A stretch of DNA of 32,000 bases from Cupriavidus necator (GTDB lineage Bacteria > Pseudomonadota > Gammaproteobacteria > Burkholderiales > Burkholderiaceae). A model generated the notes under the pieces. The model searched no databases and was not told the origin of the DNA. It was given only the letters and a program-made list of their open reading frames with translations. Positions 9,290 to 17,137 of this stretch are shown here, in pieces (positions within the stretch are counted from its first letter, which is position 1; each line of letters opens with the position of its first letter). The DNA is taken from assembly GCF_016127575.1 (NCBI RefSeq), contig NZ_CP066019.1, forward strand, positions 1,380,001 to 1,412,000, in the 5' to 3' direction. The position numbers and the translations under genes are program-made.

Positions 9290-9634
9290 ATGCCACAACA
9301 ACAATACGCAATCCCCTCCGAATTCGCCCATTGGGCGCGCAGCATCCCTCCCGAATATCTCGCCCGCTATCTGCGGGTCACCCCTGCCACCGCGCGCGCC
9401 TGGCAGTCAGGCAAGCGCCCGGCGCCCTGGTGGACCGTGCACGTGCTTCGGCTCGATAAGCTTGAGCGCGACGAGATGGCCCGCCAGATGGGCTATGCCC
9501 ACCTCCTGCCGAAGCTGGGGATTGTCAGCGGCGACGTGATCCAGCTCCGGCCACGACGCGCGCAGCCGAAACCGGCGCCGGTCGGGCCGGCCAGTGTCAC
9601 GCCGCTGCCGGAACCCGGCCAGATGCAAGCCTAG
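9290..9634 (+). CDS. small phage regulatory protein, DUF3653/XafT-like candidate (114 aa)
   Basis: The internal ATG at 9290 follows the terminator. The segment YLRVTPATARAWQSGKRPAPWWTVHVLRL resembles the DUF3653 phage-protein pattern as I remember it. It lies 130 nt from the dif-like site. Confidence 0.6.
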   Translation: MPQQQYAIPSEFAHWARSIPPEYLARYLRVTPATARAWQSGKRPAPWWTVHVLRLDKLERDEMARQMGYAHLLPKLGIVSGDVIQLRPRRAQPKPAPVGPASVTPLPEPGQMQA

Positions 9635-9993
9635 TCCTTGCCGATGGACGTGTTTTTGTAGAAGTTGTTGGGCAGGCCGGTGAATGACTCCATCGAATAC
9701 TTATCACCATCTGCCGGCCTGTCCTGACTCACGTAGCATCCCGTGAACATCTGCACGCACGGCTGGCCCGATATGTCGCGCTTTTCCTCTGCCTGCTGCG
9801 ATTGCCCCATGGTCATGGACAGCGCCATGTGAGCCGCTGTCCCAGCGCCGGAAACCATATCGCCGTACGGGTTCTTCTTCAGCATTTCCGCGGTGCCCCG
9901 CGCCACCTGTTGCATCTGGTCCTCGGTGCCGACATAGCGAAGCCCACAGCCCGCCAGCGCCAGCATCATCACTCCCGTCAACATCGTTCGCAT
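9631..9993 (-). CDS. lipoprotein, 120 aa (prophage cargo candidate)
   Basis: Lipobox MRTMLTGVMMLALAGC. SD GGGAGGGG is upstream. It lies downstream of the late-operon terminator, so it is a separate transcription unit. Confidence 0.75.
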   Translation of the reverse strand: MRTMLTGVMMLALAGCGLRYVGTEDQMQQVARGTAEMLKKNPYGDMVSGAGTAAHMALSMTMGQSQQAEEKRDISGQPCVQMFTGCYVSQDRPADGDKYSMESFTGLPNNFYKNTSIGKD

Positions 9994-10025
9994 AACCCCT
10001 CCCGTTGTTTTCCGGCAGTGTAACG

Positions 10026-10050
10026 AAAAAAACCCGGCCTAAAGCCGGGC
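10026..10050 (-). terminator. rho-independent terminator ending the long minus-strand operon
   Basis: On the minus strand it reads GCCCGGC-TTTAG-GCCGGG followed by TTTTTTT. Confidence 0.8.
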
Positions 10051-10076
10051 AATCCCCTGTGCAGCGCGATACCTGG

Positions 10077-10148
10077 TTAGCGCTTCTTGCGCTTCCGGAA
10101 CTGGCCGTTGGCCTTGCGCGGCGGCGTACGTCGTTTCTTGGTTGCCAT
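10077..10148 (-). CDS. 23-aa polybasic peptide MATKKRRTPPRKANGQFRKRKKR
   Basis: Found by hand because it is below the ORF-track cutoff. A strong SD (AGGAG) lies 5 nt upstream of the ATG. It is the last ORF before the terminator. Confidence 0.45.
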   Translation of the reverse strand: MATKKRRTPPRKANGQFRKRKKR

Positions 10149-10162
10149 GCTCTCTCCTGTTG

Positions 10163-10339
10163 TCACCACAAAACGCGGCCCTGCTGGTCCTTCAGCGTGA
10201 CCGTCCCTTGATCAGCGATCCACGTCTTGAGCCCCGGAAAGCGCGACAGGATGACGGCGGCGCAGATGACGCCGCCGATCACAATCAGCGTTTCCCGGCC
10301 GATCTCAGCCGGCGTGGGTATCCAGCCGCGGCCGCTCAT
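10163..10339 (-). CDS. 58-aa single-TM protein (holin-like candidate)
   Basis: Hand-translated as MSGRGWIPTPAEIGRETLIVIGGVICAAVILSRFPGLKTWIADQGTVTLKDQQGRVLW. It has an ATGA overlap with the upstream ORF. GC3 is high. Confidence 0.5.
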   Translation of the reverse strand: MSGRGWIPTPAEIGRETLIVIGGVICAAVILSRFPGLKTWIADQGTVTLKDQQGRVLW

Positions 10340-10494
10340 CGGTGCCCCTCGATGTGACGGTCGATGCGTTCATGCGCCCTCCCGATGTCCTTGCGCATGT
10401 TGCGCAGATCGGCACGGATGCCACCGTAGGCGGCCCCGGCCCCCATCAGCACCGTGACCAGGTACTTGAGCGCATCGACCGTCAGCGCGTCCAT
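10336..10494 (-). CDS. 52-aa small protein (N-terminal hydrophobic segment, charged C-terminus)
   Basis: Hand-translated as MDALTVDALKYLVTVLMGAGAAYGGIRADLRNMRKDIGRAHERIDRHIEGHR. There is a TAATG junction with the upstream ORF. Confidence 0.5.
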   Translation of the reverse strand: MDALTVDALKYLVTVLMGAGAAYGGIRADLRNMRKDIGRAHERIDRHIEGHR

Positions 10495-10661
10495 TACTCG
10501 GCCTGGCCCTTTTCCGGCAGGAACACTGCCAGCGCCGACAGCACGGCGGCGACCACCGCGGACACGGCATTGACCTTGGTCGGATTGGCGCCGACGATCA
10601 CCGCCAGACCGGACAGGCCGGCCATGGTGGACGGCTCGCGCAAACGTTGCAGAAATTTCAT
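10494..10661 (-). CDS. 55-aa small membrane protein
   Basis: The internal ATG at 10661 forms an ATGA overlap with the upstream stop. The sequence MKFLQRLREPSTMAGLSGLAVIVGANPTKVNAVSAVVAAVLSALAVF is hydrophobic. Confidence 0.6.
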   Translation of the reverse strand: MKFLQRLREPSTMAGLSGLAVIVGANPTKVNAVSAVVAAVLSALAVFLPEKGQAE

Positions 10662-11077
10662 TGTGCTTTCCTCACTCGCGGGTACACAAAGGCCGCACCG
10701 CCCGCGTTCTCGGTGACAGTCCACGCATTGGCAGGCCGCGCGGCAAACGTGCCGGCGTAGCCGTCCATCGAATAATCCGGCGTGCGGTCGCTGCCCACCA
10801 GCGAACTGATGAACGTGCCAGCCGGGCAGGCAAACGACGCATCCCAGGTGCGGCCCTCGGCAAGCGCGCGTTCGCACTCGGTCATGTCCGTGCGGGGCAC
10901 GCCCAGCACGTCACCGATACCCAGCACCGCCCCGCTGGCCGCATCCCCCACCGCCCCCACCAGGGCGCTCGCTGCACCCGCAGCCACACCCTGAATCCCG
11001 CCGTTTTTTTTTACGACATAGGCGATCGCCGCGATGGCGGCGCCGGCGAGCAACAGCTTGGCGGTCGTGTCTTTCAT
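10658..11077 (-). CDS. 139-aa N-terminally anchored membrane protein (virion membrane protein candidate)
   Basis: The ATG at 11077 is adjacent to the upstream stop (11079-11081). TM segment MKDTTAKLLLAGAAIAAIAYVV. A Gly/Ala-rich linker follows. Confidence 0.65.
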   Translation of the reverse strand: MKDTTAKLLLAGAAIAAIAYVVKKNGGIQGVAAGAASALVGAVGDAASGAVLGIGDVLGVPRTDMTECERALAEGRTWDASFACPAGTFISSLVGSDRTPDYSMDGYAGTFAARPANAWTVTENAGGAAFVYPRVRKAQ

Positions 11078-11078
11078 G

Positions 11079-11537
11079 TCAGCCGCCCGTGGCCCAGCCC
11101 AGGTAGTTGCCCAGGCTCGGGCTCTCCACCTGCGAGCCGAACGTGTAGGCACCGTTCATGCTGCCAAACTGGCCCGGCGTCCAGCCATCCGTGGCGTCAA
11201 TGCCGAGCTGGCCGATGTAGCCGTTCTGCGCGTTGTATTCCAGCGCGTTGGACAGCCCGCCGCCGAACACGCCCGTGACCGGCGCGCCGCTGATCACGGC
11301 ATCCGGCGAGCCCGAACGGAACGCGCCGATGATGCTCGACACCAGCCCCGCGCCTGCGGAGGCGTAGGCAATATTCCGCTGCGCGCTGTAGTCAGGCCGC
11401 AGCTGCGCCGCGGTGCCCATCGGCACGCCTGTGGCCGCCGTCGCGGCGCGCGATCGCAGCGCGAGGAACGCCATCGCGCCCACCGCTGCAATCAGAAGCA
11501 AATCCGGGCCTCCGCCCCCTGCCGCTGCCTTAGCCAT
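11079..11537 (-). CDS. 152-aa membrane protein (virion membrane protein candidate)
   Basis: N-terminal TM segment PDLLLIAAVGAMAFLAL. The protein is Gly/Ala/Ser-rich. It overlaps the upstream gene by 8 nt. Confidence 0.65.
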   Translation of the reverse strand: MAKAAAGGGGPDLLLIAAVGAMAFLALRSRAATAATGVPMGTAAQLRPDYSAQRNIAYASAGAGLVSSIIGAFRSGSPDAVISGAPVTGVFGGGLSNALEYNAQNGYIGQLGIDATDGWTPGQFGSMNGAYTFGSQVESPSLGNYLGWATGG

Positions 11538-12165
11538 TCACTACACCCCCTGCCGCTTGATATGCGGCCTGCAATCGTTCCAGCGCCACTTCCGGCTGGC
11601 CGTACCCGGCGCCGGGCATGGACGCCCAAATCTTGCGCACCTTGCGCACCGCCAGCGCGAAGCGGCCCGCGTCCACGTCACCCAGGGCGCCCGCTTCGCG
11701 GATCAGTTCCAGCGCCGCCGCGTCCTGGCTGGCCGGCGAGAAGTCCGTCAGGCCCAGCCGGGCGGCCAGCGTGTCCCACGTGCGGCGCAGGAACTGGTAG
11801 GCGCCTGCCGCGCTGCTGCTGATCGGCTTGCCGTTCGACAGGGCGGTCACCACCTGGCGCGGATGATCCGCGAAGGAATCGAACTTCCCGCCGCCGAACA
11901 GCATGCGGTATCCGTCATTGCCTGCGGTGCCCTCCCCGGTGCGAATCGTCAGCAGGAAGGCGGCGCGATTCAGTTGTGCTTGCCCCATGTCGGTGTCCTC
12001 AGTGCCGCCGAAGAAGTTGCCTTCGGTGGCGTCGTAAAACAGGTTTTCGGCCTGGTCGATGAAGTCCGGCGACTGCGCGCCCGGCTCTTCGCTGCGCTGC
12101 CAGTCGCGCCACACCACGTAGCCCACGGCGGCCAAGGCCAGCAGCGCGAACTCGTAGCGCGTCAT
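11530..12165 (-). CDS. membrane-anchored lytic transglycosylase, phage lambda R / GH104 type, 211 aa
   Basis: AAGAYQFLRRTWD...LGLTDFSPASQDAAALELIREAGAL...IWASMPGAGYGQPE parallels lambda R (AAGRYQLL..WWD...LGLKDFSPKSQDAVALQQIKERGAL...IWASLPGAGYGQ). There is an extra N-terminal TM segment (FALLALAAVGYVVW). Confidence 0.88.
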   Translation of the reverse strand: MTRYEFALLALAAVGYVVWRDWQRSEEPGAQSPDFIDQAENLFYDATEGNFFGGTEDTDMGQAQLNRAAFLLTIRTGEGTAGNDGYRMLFGGGKFDSFADHPRQVVTALSNGKPISSSAAGAYQFLRRTWDTLAARLGLTDFSPASQDAAALELIREAGALGDVDAGRFALAVRKVRKIWASMPGAGYGQPEVALERLQAAYQAAGGVVNG

Positions 12166-12935
12166 CAGATCGCTTCCTCGAAGAACTCCGCCGTGACTGT
12201 CAGATTGGTGTTATTTGCCGTGCCAAACCACATTACGCCCTGCCCTGGCTCCAGCGTAATTGGCTCCTGAAACACCTTCTGCGCGATCACGTTCGCGGCC
12301 AGATTGGACGTAAATATCGAATTGAGACCCCCCTCCCCGCTTGGGCTTGTAGTCGTGTCTTCGCGGCCCTGCGCGACACTCGCCGCGCCCCACTTCTTTG
12401 GCACAATGCACGCCGCGTTCGCGCTTCCAATCGCGCTGTTCTTCCACGTCATGCCAAAGGCTTGTGCGGTCTGGCTCGATACGTCTGCCGTCTTCACTAC
12501 CAGCCGCTTGCCGCTGCCGACTGGGTTCCACAGTTGCGGCGTCGGCCTGTGCGTCGCGTCACCGATAGTATTGAAGGACGCCAGAAACGCGGCGCCGCCC
12601 AGCGTGCGGGCCTTGCCGCCGTCGATCACATCGACGGTGCCGGCAATGCGCTGGTCGAAGAAGTCCCCCGATCCAATCATCAGGTATCCGGTCAGCGCTA
12701 CGCTTCCCCGGTTGAACACTACCCAGCGCGTTACCTGCTCGCTGAATCGGAAGCCCTGCCCCGGCTTCAGGCTGATATTGCCCTGCGCGAAGTTGGGCCG
12801 AATCTCGATCTGCGCGAACGGGTCTGCCGCCGACAGGAACTGCACGCGGTCCCCGGCCACGTCGATGGCCTGGGCACCACCCGCAGGGATGTTCAGGTCG
12901 TACTGCTGTACGGATTCAATGATGCCCACGGTCAC
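12165..12935 (-). CDS. putative vertex/spike (receptor-binding) protein, 256 aa
   Basis: It is a soluble, beta-rich protein placed between membrane-protein genes and the lysozyme. It has a GTG start in a GTGA overlap (the alternative GTG at 12929 has better SD spacing). The functional call rests on position and composition only. Confidence 0.4.
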   Translation of the reverse strand: MTVGIIESVQQYDLNIPAGGAQAIDVAGDRVQFLSAADPFAQIEIRPNFAQGNISLKPGQGFRFSEQVTRWVVFNRGSVALTGYLMIGSGDFFDQRIAGTVDVIDGGKARTLGGAAFLASFNTIGDATHRPTPQLWNPVGSGKRLVVKTADVSSQTAQAFGMTWKNSAIGSANAACIVPKKWGAASVAQGREDTTTSPSGEGGLNSIFTSNLAANVIAQKVFQEPITLEPGQGVMWFGTANNTNLTVTAEFFEEAI

Positions 12936-13459
12936 CCCTTCATTTTCGATACGGCCACGATGCCCGCGATCGCGAGCGCGCCGGCCACAAGGAATTTCTG
13001 ACCGGTGCCAATCTCCTGCACGTTGTCATAGGCTTTCGCCACGTTCTGTGTGGCCGTTTCGTTCACCGCCCTGGCGGTGCTGGCCGTGTCCTTGGCGAAA
13101 TCGATCAGCTTGCCCATGCCGGCCAGCAGGCCGTCAGCGTTGATCCTGGACTGATCCAGATTCAGCTTGAGGCCGTCTCGCGCCATCCCTACCGCGTCGG
13201 CAGTGGACTTGTAGGTGGTTTCGCTGTTCGTCTTGGCGAAATCGAACGCCGCCGCAATGGAGCCGGCATCGGTGTAGCTGAGGTTGGCCGATACCTGGTT
13301 TCCGTCGCCCGACACCGAGATGCCGCCATCGTTGACGGTGCGGCGATCCACGTTGTTCGTGGTTGCCGCCGTGCTGCTGGCGTTGCTGCTGGACCGGTTG
13401 CAAGGCGTGGCCGGCAGGCCCAGCGCCAGCTGCTTAACTTGCCACGGCTTGAGAATCAT
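12932..13459 (-). CDS. 175-aa protein with C-terminal TM anchor (virion membrane protein candidate)
   Basis: SD GGGGA upstream of the ATG at 13459. The C-terminus is FLVAGALAIAGIVAVSKMKG. Confidence 0.65.
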   Translation of the reverse strand: MILKPWQVKQLALGLPATPCNRSSSNASSTAATTNNVDRRTVNDGGISVSGDGNQVSANLSYTDAGSIAAAFDFAKTNSETTYKSTADAVGMARDGLKLNLDQSRINADGLLAGMGKLIDFAKDTASTARAVNETATQNVAKAYDNVQEIGTGQKFLVAGALAIAGIVAVSKMKG

Positions 13460-13865
13460 GGTTTCCCCGCTTGCGCAGCGTCACGGCCTCTACGCCGTAG
13501 CCGATGCGCTTCAGTTTCTTGATGAGGCCGGGCCGGCACGTCTCGATGCGGATCGCATCGAACGCCGCGCACTGCCGCTCGATCAGCGGCAGCACCCCGG
13601 CCACAATGTCAAAGTCCGCGCCGCCATAGGCCAGCGCAATCTCGGCCTCGGTGCCGTGCGCGTACTGGTGTCCGCGCAGCACATACCAGGCCACCGGCTC
13701 GCCGTCCCGATAGACCCGGCAGAAGGTGCCGCCCGCCACGCACTCAGCCGGCGCCATCAGGCCCCGGCTGGTGTCGCTCTTGGCGTGCGCGCCGAACGCG
13801 CTGTCAACCTCGGCCAGCAGTGCCGGCGTCCAGGCTTCCGGTTCGATCCTGATGACGGTTTCCAT
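13434..13865 (-). CDS. 143-aa soluble protein, possible GNAT-like fold
   Basis: GC3 is high. The junction with the upstream gene is a TGATG overlap. The segment AEIALAYGGADFDIVAGVLPLIERQC...IRIETCRPGLIKKLKRIGY is arranged like the GNAT beta4-alpha3...alpha4 region. The fold call is weak. Confidence 0.6.
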   Translation of the reverse strand: METVIRIEPEAWTPALLAEVDSAFGAHAKSDTSRGLMAPAECVAGGTFCRVYRDGEPVAWYVLRGHQYAHGTEAEIALAYGGADFDIVAGVLPLIERQCAAFDAIRIETCRPGLIKKLKRIGYGVEAVTLRKRGNHDSQAVAS

Positions 13866-14191
13866 CAGCCGCGCCGTGCGAAGGCGATGGCGACCGCCGC
13901 AGCAGCCAGCAGCACCATTGGGTTATTTAACAGCGACAGCGCGTTATCCGCCGTCGCCTGCACAGCGCTGGTCAGCGTCGGCAAGGCGCGCGCCTCACTG
14001 CCTCCGGTGGCTACCGTCCAGCCTGAGCCGTCGAAATGCTGGTCAAACATGCCCCCGCCCGACACTGCCGCCTTATTGCCATCCGGGCCACCCAGCGTAC
14101 TGGTCAGCACCTGCGACGCGCCCATGATGGCGGCGGTGTACGGGTTCGAGTACATGGCGGCAGATGCCGCCCCGCCCATGGCCGGAGTCAT
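13865..14191 (-). CDS. 108-aa protein with C-terminal TM anchor
   Basis: There are 1-nt start/stop overlaps on both sides. The C-terminus is MVLLAAAAVAIAFARRG. Confidence 0.65.
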   Translation of the reverse strand: MTPAMGGAASAAMYSNPYTAAIMGASQVLTSTLGGPDGNKAAVSGGGMFDQHFDGSGWTVATGGSEARALPTLTSAVQATADNALSLLNNPMVLLAAAAVAIAFARRG

Positions 14192-14511
14192 CAGGGCTTC
14201 CCGGCCAGCAGGTAGATGACGGCGCCCGCCACCAGCAGCGGCATCAGGCCACCACCGAACAGCGCAGCCGCCGGCGTGGAGCCGCGCGGCGCCGTGGTCA
14301 GCACCGCACCGCCCGGCGTGATGACCGCCGCCGTGTTGGTGTTCTGCAGCGCCCGCACGGTCTGCACGTCGATCAGACGCGACAGCCCGTACTTGAGCAG
14401 GTCCGCCCCGCTCTGCGCCAGCGGGTTCAGGTCGCTGGCGTCAGGCGCCGCACTCACCATCGGATCGGTGTAGTACGACTGGGGCTGAATGCTGTCGGTC
14501 CAATCACCCAT
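14191..14511 (-). CDS. 106-aa protein with C-terminal TM anchor
   Basis: SD GGGGG upstream. The C-terminus is LMPLLVAGAVIYLLAGKP. Confidence 0.65.
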   Translation of the reverse strand: MGDWTDSIQPQSYYTDPMVSAAPDASDLNPLAQSGADLLKYGLSRLIDVQTVRALQNTNTAAVITPGGAVLTTAPRGSTPAAALFGGGLMPLLVAGAVIYLLAGKP

Positions 14512-14520
14512 GACGCCCCC

Positions 14521-15345
14521 TTACAGGTTGAACGGCAGGTCGATGCACTCGACGTAGACGTCGATGCCGTCCGCAGCGGTCAGGAACGCATTGAACTCCA
14601 GCGCCGCCGCATCGGCGGTCTTGAGGGCGCCCGACTGATTGTTGTCGAAAATGAAGTCCACGCAGTAGTGCTTGGGCTGCGGCACCTTGCGCTGTTCCTG
14701 CTCGATGAAGCGCGCCACGCGGCTGGTCGCGTCCCATACCACCAGGCCGTTTTTCTTGACCTCGACGCGGTTCAGGTTGCCGTCCGTGGTCGACGTCCAG
14801 TCCGTGCCGGTGTAGATCATGTGGATACGCTTCAGGAGCGCACCCTTGGCCGAGAAGTTGATGGGGAACTTGCCCGCCACGCTGGTGGAGGCCGGGAAAT
14901 ACAGCAGCTTGTGGATCAGCTCGCCCGCGCCCTGGCCTTGCGGCGGCGTGAGGAACATGTAGCCGGTCAGCGTCGGCGCGGTGGCGCCCGCGATGGTGAT
15001 TTCCAGATTCATGTTATCCGGCCACGCGGTCAGGTCGAAGCCGCCCACTTCCTTGCCGTCGATGCTCGGCGCGTCGCGCTCGGTAAAGTCGATGGTCAGG
15101 AAGTTGGCATCGTCGTAGATGCCCTTGTACTTGTTGATCAGGTCCAGCGCGGAGCCCTTCACGTTGTACACCGTGCGGGCGCCGATCTTGACCTTGATGT
15201 CGGTGATCATCGCCTTCGTGAGCGCGGTGCCGCCCAGGGCGAGCACAATGCGGGTCAGCGTGTTGGAGTAGCGCGGGATCTGCAGCGTGGCGACGCCGCT
15301 GTTGACCACGTTCAGGAACGGGGGCAGTTGTTGGAGGATTGCCAT
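14521..15345 (-). CDS. major capsid protein candidate, PM2 P2-like (small double jelly-roll), 274 aa
   Basis: The size is close to PM2 P2 (269 aa). Both halves match my recollection of P2. The N-terminus FLNVVNSGVATLQIPRYSNTLTRIVLALGGT...ITDIKVKIGARTVY...LTIDF resembles FLNLNSIPNVAAGNSCSIKLPIGQTYEVIDLRYSGVT...VRVELDGRLL. The C-terminal half VEVKKNG...YCVDFIF...DVYVECIDLP resembles VEFQIDG...YTIDFML...EIIVEYMG. It sits between the ATPase and membrane-protein genes. Confidence 0.6.
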   Translation of the reverse strand: MAILQQLPPFLNVVNSGVATLQIPRYSNTLTRIVLALGGTALTKAMITDIKVKIGARTVYNVKGSALDLINKYKGIYDDANFLTIDFTERDAPSIDGKEVGGFDLTAWPDNMNLEITIAGATAPTLTGYMFLTPPQGQGAGELIHKLLYFPASTSVAGKFPINFSAKGALLKRIHMIYTGTDWTSTTDGNLNRVEVKKNGLVVWDATSRVARFIEQEQRKVPQPKHYCVDFIFDNNQSGALKTADAAALEFNAFLTAADGIDVYVECIDLPFNL

Positions 15346-15360
15346 TTCTCGGTGTCCTTT

Positions 15361-15474
15361 TCAGCCGGCCAGTGCGGTGGCGACGATTTGGTTTGCCACC
15401 GGCACGCGGCGGGCGACGTAGATCACGGCCAGCACCAGCGCCGTGGTCTTGATTGCGTTCTTGATCTCGCTCAT
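15361..15474 (-). CDS. 37-aa single-TM protein
   Basis: The internal ATG at 15474 lies 4 nt after the upstream stop. Sequence: MSEIKNAIKTTALVLAVIYVARRVPVANQIVATALAG. Confidence 0.5.
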   Translation of the reverse strand: MSEIKNAIKTTALVLAVIYVARRVPVANQIVATALAG

Positions 15475-15478
15475 GGCG

Positions 15479-15589
15479 TTAGCCCAGCAGCTTGGCGACG
15501 GAATCGGGCAGGAACTTCTTGCCCTGATTGATGATGACCAGCGCAATGGCGGTCATCGCCACGGCCTTGCCAATGTCCTTCACGCTCAT
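15479..15589 (-). CDS. 36-aa single-TM protein
   Basis: Hand-translated as MSVKDIGKAVAMTAIALVIINQGKKFLPDSVAKLLG. SD GGGAGA upstream. It is below the ORF-track cutoff. Confidence 0.55.
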   Translation of the reverse strand: MSVKDIGKAVAMTAIALVIINQGKKFLPDSVAKLLG

Positions 15590-15688
15590 GGTTTTCTCCC
15601 CGAAAGTGCGTGTCTGCAATGTCGGGGCTAGCCCCCGCTTGAGCCTTCACTATGGGCAACCCAAGCGGGGCAGCGCAAGGGGCGCCCG

Positions 15689-16402
15689 TTACGTTACGTT
15701 GGGCGCGGGTTCGGCCAACGTACGTACGTTACGTACGGGTTTTGGGGTGTTGCTCCCCAGCGACGGCAGCACGCCGGAGACGGTTTTCCCGGTCTGCATG
15801 TCGCGCTCGATGAAGTCAAAGCGGCCCGCGTCCTTGTCGGCCACCATGGCCCGCACCTGGTCCTGCGAGACCGCCAGATACCGACTCATGGTGCGGACGT
15901 CGTTCTCGTCGTTCAGGCGGCTGCAATGGATCATCGTGCAGTTGCCCAGGAACGTCTTGTCGATCAGCGCCGGGCGCTGCGTGACCCCGAAAATGGTCAG
16001 CGCCTCATGCCGGCCCTGGCGCGACAGCACCGACCACGAATCCGGCGTCTCGGCCGGGCTCGGTCCGGTCACGTCCGCCAGCTCTTCCACCACCAGGCAC
16101 AGGTTCCCCGCGGCGAACACCAGCTCGCACAGCGTGTCGAACTTGTCCGGGTAGGTCTTCTTGCGCTTGCCGGGCCGGTAGACGATCCGGAAAGGCCCAT
16201 CGCTGCCAGCCGTGACCACGGCCTCGACCACCTCGCGCAGGTCGGTCATGACCTCGCCCTGGTCGTATTCGCCCAGCGGATCCCAGATCAGCAGGCGCGG
16301 CGGGTTGCCCCGATCCAGTACGCTCTTGAGCCATCGGCTCTTGCCGCTTCCCGACGCCCCTACGACGCCAATGATTCGTGCGGTGTTATGGCTTCCCGCC
16401 AT
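15689..16402 (-). CDS. P-loop ATPase, FtsK/HerA-type genome-packaging ATPase candidate (PM2 P9 / PRD1 P9 class), 237 aa
   Basis: Walker A is IGVVGASGSGKS and Walker B is LCLVVEELADV. It is small, has no terminase nuclease domain, and lies immediately upstream of the capsid module. Confidence 0.7.
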   Translation of the reverse strand: MAGSHNTARIIGVVGASGSGKSRWLKSVLDRGNPPRLLIWDPLGEYDQGEVMTDLREVVEAVVTAGSDGPFRIVYRPGKRKKTYPDKFDTLCELVFAAGNLCLVVEELADVTGPSPAETPDSWSVLSRQGRHEALTIFGVTQRPALIDKTFLGNCTMIHCSRLNDENDVRTMSRYLAVSQDQVRAMVADKDAGRFDFIERDMQTGKTVSGVLPSLGSNTPKPVRNVRTLAEPAPNVT

Positions 16403-16403
16403 G

Positions 16404-16886
16404 TCATCCCCTTACGGCAGGCAAGCGCCCGCCCGTGTCTTCCATGTTCTCGCCCAGGTGCGACCGCGACTGCGGCGGCACCACCTCAGCGGGCGGCGCG
16501 TTGTCCACCGTACGTTCGGCGTCCTGCTGTTCGCGCCATGCCTGGTGCGCCACGTACGTGGACAGCGCCAGCGGCCCCGCCACCAGCAGCAGGCCGATTT
16601 CCGGCCCGGACATGAGCCCGCCCACGTTGAGGCCGTACTTGTCGGCCACCGGCACGATGGCGGCGGCCAGCGCCTTGATGGTGTCCTTCGTGTAGATGCT
16701 GGGCAGGTACGGCAAGGCCGGCGACAGCACCGTGACCAGCAGCGTGAGGGACATTTCCCACTCGACGGCGGGATCAACCGGCTCCGGCTCGCCCGGCAGC
16801 AGCGGCAGGCCCTCGGGCTCGACCGATTCCGCCGCGTGCGCCTTGCGCCGGAGCATGTCCATGGTATTGGCGTCGATCACCCCCAT
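16404..16886 (-). CDS. 160-aa membrane protein
   Basis: Two hydrophobic segments (LTLLVTVLSPALPYL and GPEIGLLLVAGPLALSTYVA). It overlaps the upstream gene by 10 nt. Confidence 0.65.
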   Translation of the reverse strand: MGVIDANTMDMLRRKAHAAESVEPEGLPLLPGEPEPVDPAVEWEMSLTLLVTVLSPALPYLPSIYTKDTIKALAAAIVPVADKYGLNVGGLMSGPEIGLLLVAGPLALSTYVAHQAWREQQDAERTVDNAPPAEVVPPQSRSHLGENMEDTGGRLPAVRG

Positions 16887-17134
16887 ACGGATAGCTCCCC
16901 TTGTTCCAGGGCGCCCGGCCCCGGCGTGGCGGGCATGGTTTCCGTAACGTTACGTACGTACGGGACGCCATCGCCCAGGATGAAGCGTTCGCGGATGCGT
17001 TCGTCGGCCTCGTCAGAGCGCGCGAAGAGCTGGATCCCGCAACCGGGCGCGGTGCAGTTGATGCACACCCGCCCGTTTTTCATGGGAGACCAGCGCGCGC
17101 CCTGGCCGCACACCGGGCAGGTGCATTGGGTCAT
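16877..17134 (-). CDS. zinc-ribbon protein, 85 aa (candidate transcription factor)
   Basis: The Cys pattern is CTCPVCG...(14 aa)...CINCTAPGCG. It is compact, and its position precedes the structural genes. Confidence 0.65.
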   Translation of the reverse strand: MTQCTCPVCGQGARWSPMKNGRVCINCTAPGCGIQLFARSDEADERIRERFILGDGVPYVRNVTETMPATPGPGALEQGELSVWG

Positions 17135-17137
17135 GGC

